From IMG/VR virus record IMGVR_UViG_3300020045_008227, positions 1 through 25,548 of that record: a stretch of DNA of 25,548 bases; one strand, given 5' to 3'. The stretch's first letter is position 1. Every line of letters begins with the position of its first letter. The notes beneath the pieces are model-generated. The model worked only from the letters and a program-made list of their open reading frames with translations. It searched no databases and was not told the DNA's origin. The position numbers and the translations under genes were made by a program. The DNA comes from a virus. Its lineage: Duplodnaviria; Caudoviricetes. Shown piece after piece: positions 24,514 to 25,548 of the stretch.

Positions 24514-24685
24514 TTTTCAAAGTTTCAATTGCTTCTTTAATTTTTCTCTCTGTCTCGAAAGATTTAGGCTCTTTTTTTCGCCAATTATAAAACGTATCGT
24601 TAGGAACTTTCGCTTCTCTCAATACGTCAAAAGGCTTCAATCCCGCCTCTTTTATTTCTTTCTTCAATTCATCATGTTTTGTCAT
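24500..24685 (-). CDS. Cro-like HTH protein
   Basis: 61 aa, GL...DV.REA.V...TFYNWRKKEP..F.T..KI..AI. Confidence 0.7.
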   Translation of the reverse strand: MTKHDELKKEIKEAGLKPFDVLREAKVPNDTFYNWRKKEPKSFETERKIKEAIETLKNEIS

Positions 24686-24849
24686 ATTATTTCTGTTTTA
24701 TAAGGGATTACTTTTTTGTCAGCGTATAAATCAGCTGCTTTTCTTTTGGCTTGTTTTTCGTCGTCAGCCTCTACTGTTTCGATCTCAGAATCTTTTTCAC
24801 TCTGTCCGTTGCTGTAATAACGGAACCAGACTTGTACATTGTATTTCAT
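24682..24849 (-). CDS. 55-aa hypothetical protein
   Basis: Not in track. Hand-translated MKYNVQVWFRYYSNGQSEKDSEIETVEADDEKQAKRKAADLYADKKVIPYKTEII with ATGA overlaps at both ends. Confidence 0.65.
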   Translation of the reverse strand: MKYNVQVWFRYYSNGQSEKDSEIETVEADDEKQAKRKAADLYADKKVIPYKTEII

Positions 24850-25139
24850 AGTTCAGTTGCTTTTTTGATTAACTTTTCAATTCTTTCGGTAGCTGGTTTT
24901 ATAGCCAATGAAACAATACATTTTAAAAGTTTATTAGCATGTATTAATTCTTCCAAAACTTCAGAAGCACATGCAATTAGCTTTGCGTTAGCTTCACACT
25001 CTTTTTTAGTTTTTCCGTATACTTTGGCAAATACGAAATCATCTAAATACACGACAGTGTTAGGGCATTGTTGCAGAGTACCTTCAGTGGCACCGCTTAT
25101 TCTTACTTTTCCTTTTGTTCCTTTAAATTCGTTTTTCAT
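24846..25139 (-). CDS. Conserved phage early protein of unknown function
   Basis: FKGTKG...EANAKLIA.A.E.LE.L matches the widespread ANA.LIAAAP.LL phage family. Confidence 0.7.
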   Translation of the reverse strand: MKNEFKGTKGKVRISGATEGTLQQCPNTVVYLDDFVFAKVYGKTKKECEANAKLIACASEVLEELIHANKLLKCIVSLAIKPATERIEKLIKKATEL

Positions 25140-25161
25140 GATAAGTGATTTTTATATGTCG

Positions 25162-25169
25162 CAAATATA
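25162..25169 (-). promoter_or_regulatory. Leftward -7 promoter box
   Basis: TATATTTG, 22 nt upstream of ATG 25139. Confidence 0.65.
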
Positions 25170-25216
25170 ATACTTAATTTTACGTAAAAAAGTTTTTTTA
25201 TTCAAAAGTTTTATGT

Positions 25217-25224
25217 TAGGTTTG
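25217..25224 (+). promoter_or_regulatory. Rightward -7 promoter box
   Basis: TAGGTTTG, 28 nt upstream of ATG 25253, divergent from 25162-25169. Confidence 0.6.
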
Positions 25225-25252
25225 CATCATATTAACTTTAAAAACTTATCAC

Positions 25253-25480
25253 ATGAAATTAAAAATTGAAATTAAAAACAGATTTACAGGAAAAGTTATT
25301 TTTGATCTAAGCACAGAAGACAACACAATTTCAAAAACTTTAATCGAAGCGATTAAAAGTGGAGCCAATCTTGATGGAGCCAATCTTTATGGAGCCAATC
25401 TTGATGGAGCCAATCTTGATGGAGCCAATCTTCATGGAGCCAATCTTGTAAGAGCCAATCTTAATAGAACCTATCTTTAA
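25253..25480 (+). CDS. Pentapeptide-repeat protein (possibly truncated)
   Basis: KIEIKNRFTG.VIF N-terminus followed by GANLx repeats. Confidence 0.75.
   Translation: MKLKIEIKNRFTGKVIFDLSTEDNTISKTLIEAIKSGANLDGANLYGANLDGANLDGANLHGANLVRANLNRTYL
25361..25480 (+). repeat. 15-bp coding tandem repeat (8 units)
   Basis: GGAGCCAATCTTnnn x6 plus two diverged units. Confidence 0.9.
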
Positions 25481-25548
25481 GGAGCTAATTGAAGTAGTAT
25501 CTATTGTAAAGGAATTTCATGTAATGAAAGTAATATAATAGTAATGAG

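Noticed and set aside
18-25170. Many plus-strand track ORFs (e.g. 467-796, 3690-4025, 9457-9750, 10949-11374, 22371-22694, 24751-25170)
   Set aside because: Antisense shadows of well-supported minus-strand genes, with F/S/L-biased composition and no motifs.
25361-25480. CRISPR-like array or DGR variable region
   Set aside because: Contiguous 15-bp in-frame coding repeats without spacers. No reverse transcriptase or template repeat in the window.
1-25548. Stop-codon reassignment
   Set aside because: TAA, TAG and TGA all end plausible full-length genes and coding density is high under the standard code.

Overview
AT-rich partial genome of a tailed phage, probably a siphovirus of Bacteroidota (Flavobacterium/Cellulophaga-like). 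The host guess rests on TAnnTTTG -7 promoter boxes, no regular Shine-Dalgarno motifs and family-typical portal, protease and tail proteins. Almost all genes are on the minus strand. In transcription order (right to left): small early/HTH genes, Zn-HNH protein, RNase HI-like protein, RadD/YejH-like SF2 helicase, VRR-NUC nuclease, NUMOD4-HNH-AP2 endonuclease, DUF3987-like ATPase, a putative AT-rich origin, TerS/TerL, tail chaperone, tail terminator, two neck paralogs, tail-tip proteins, tape measure, prohead protease/scaffold, major capsid, tail tube, portal and a truncated head-tail adaptor. A divergent pentapeptide-repeat gene sits at the right end. Most notable: (1) an intact Nudix hydrolase inside the prohead protease, flanked by repeated V-x-M-[SA] candidate cleavage motifs also seen in the portal N-terminus; (2) a self-contained 60-aa gene with a structured leader beside the head operon; (3) an HNH protein with an SSB-like acidic IPF tail next to RNase HI and a RadD-like helicase; (4) paralogous HTH domains on both sides of the putative origin; (5) a three-micro-ORF cassette inside the tail operon. 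All calls are by-eye motif recognition and no searches were run. No integrase, lysis genes, tRNA or CRISPR array was seen.
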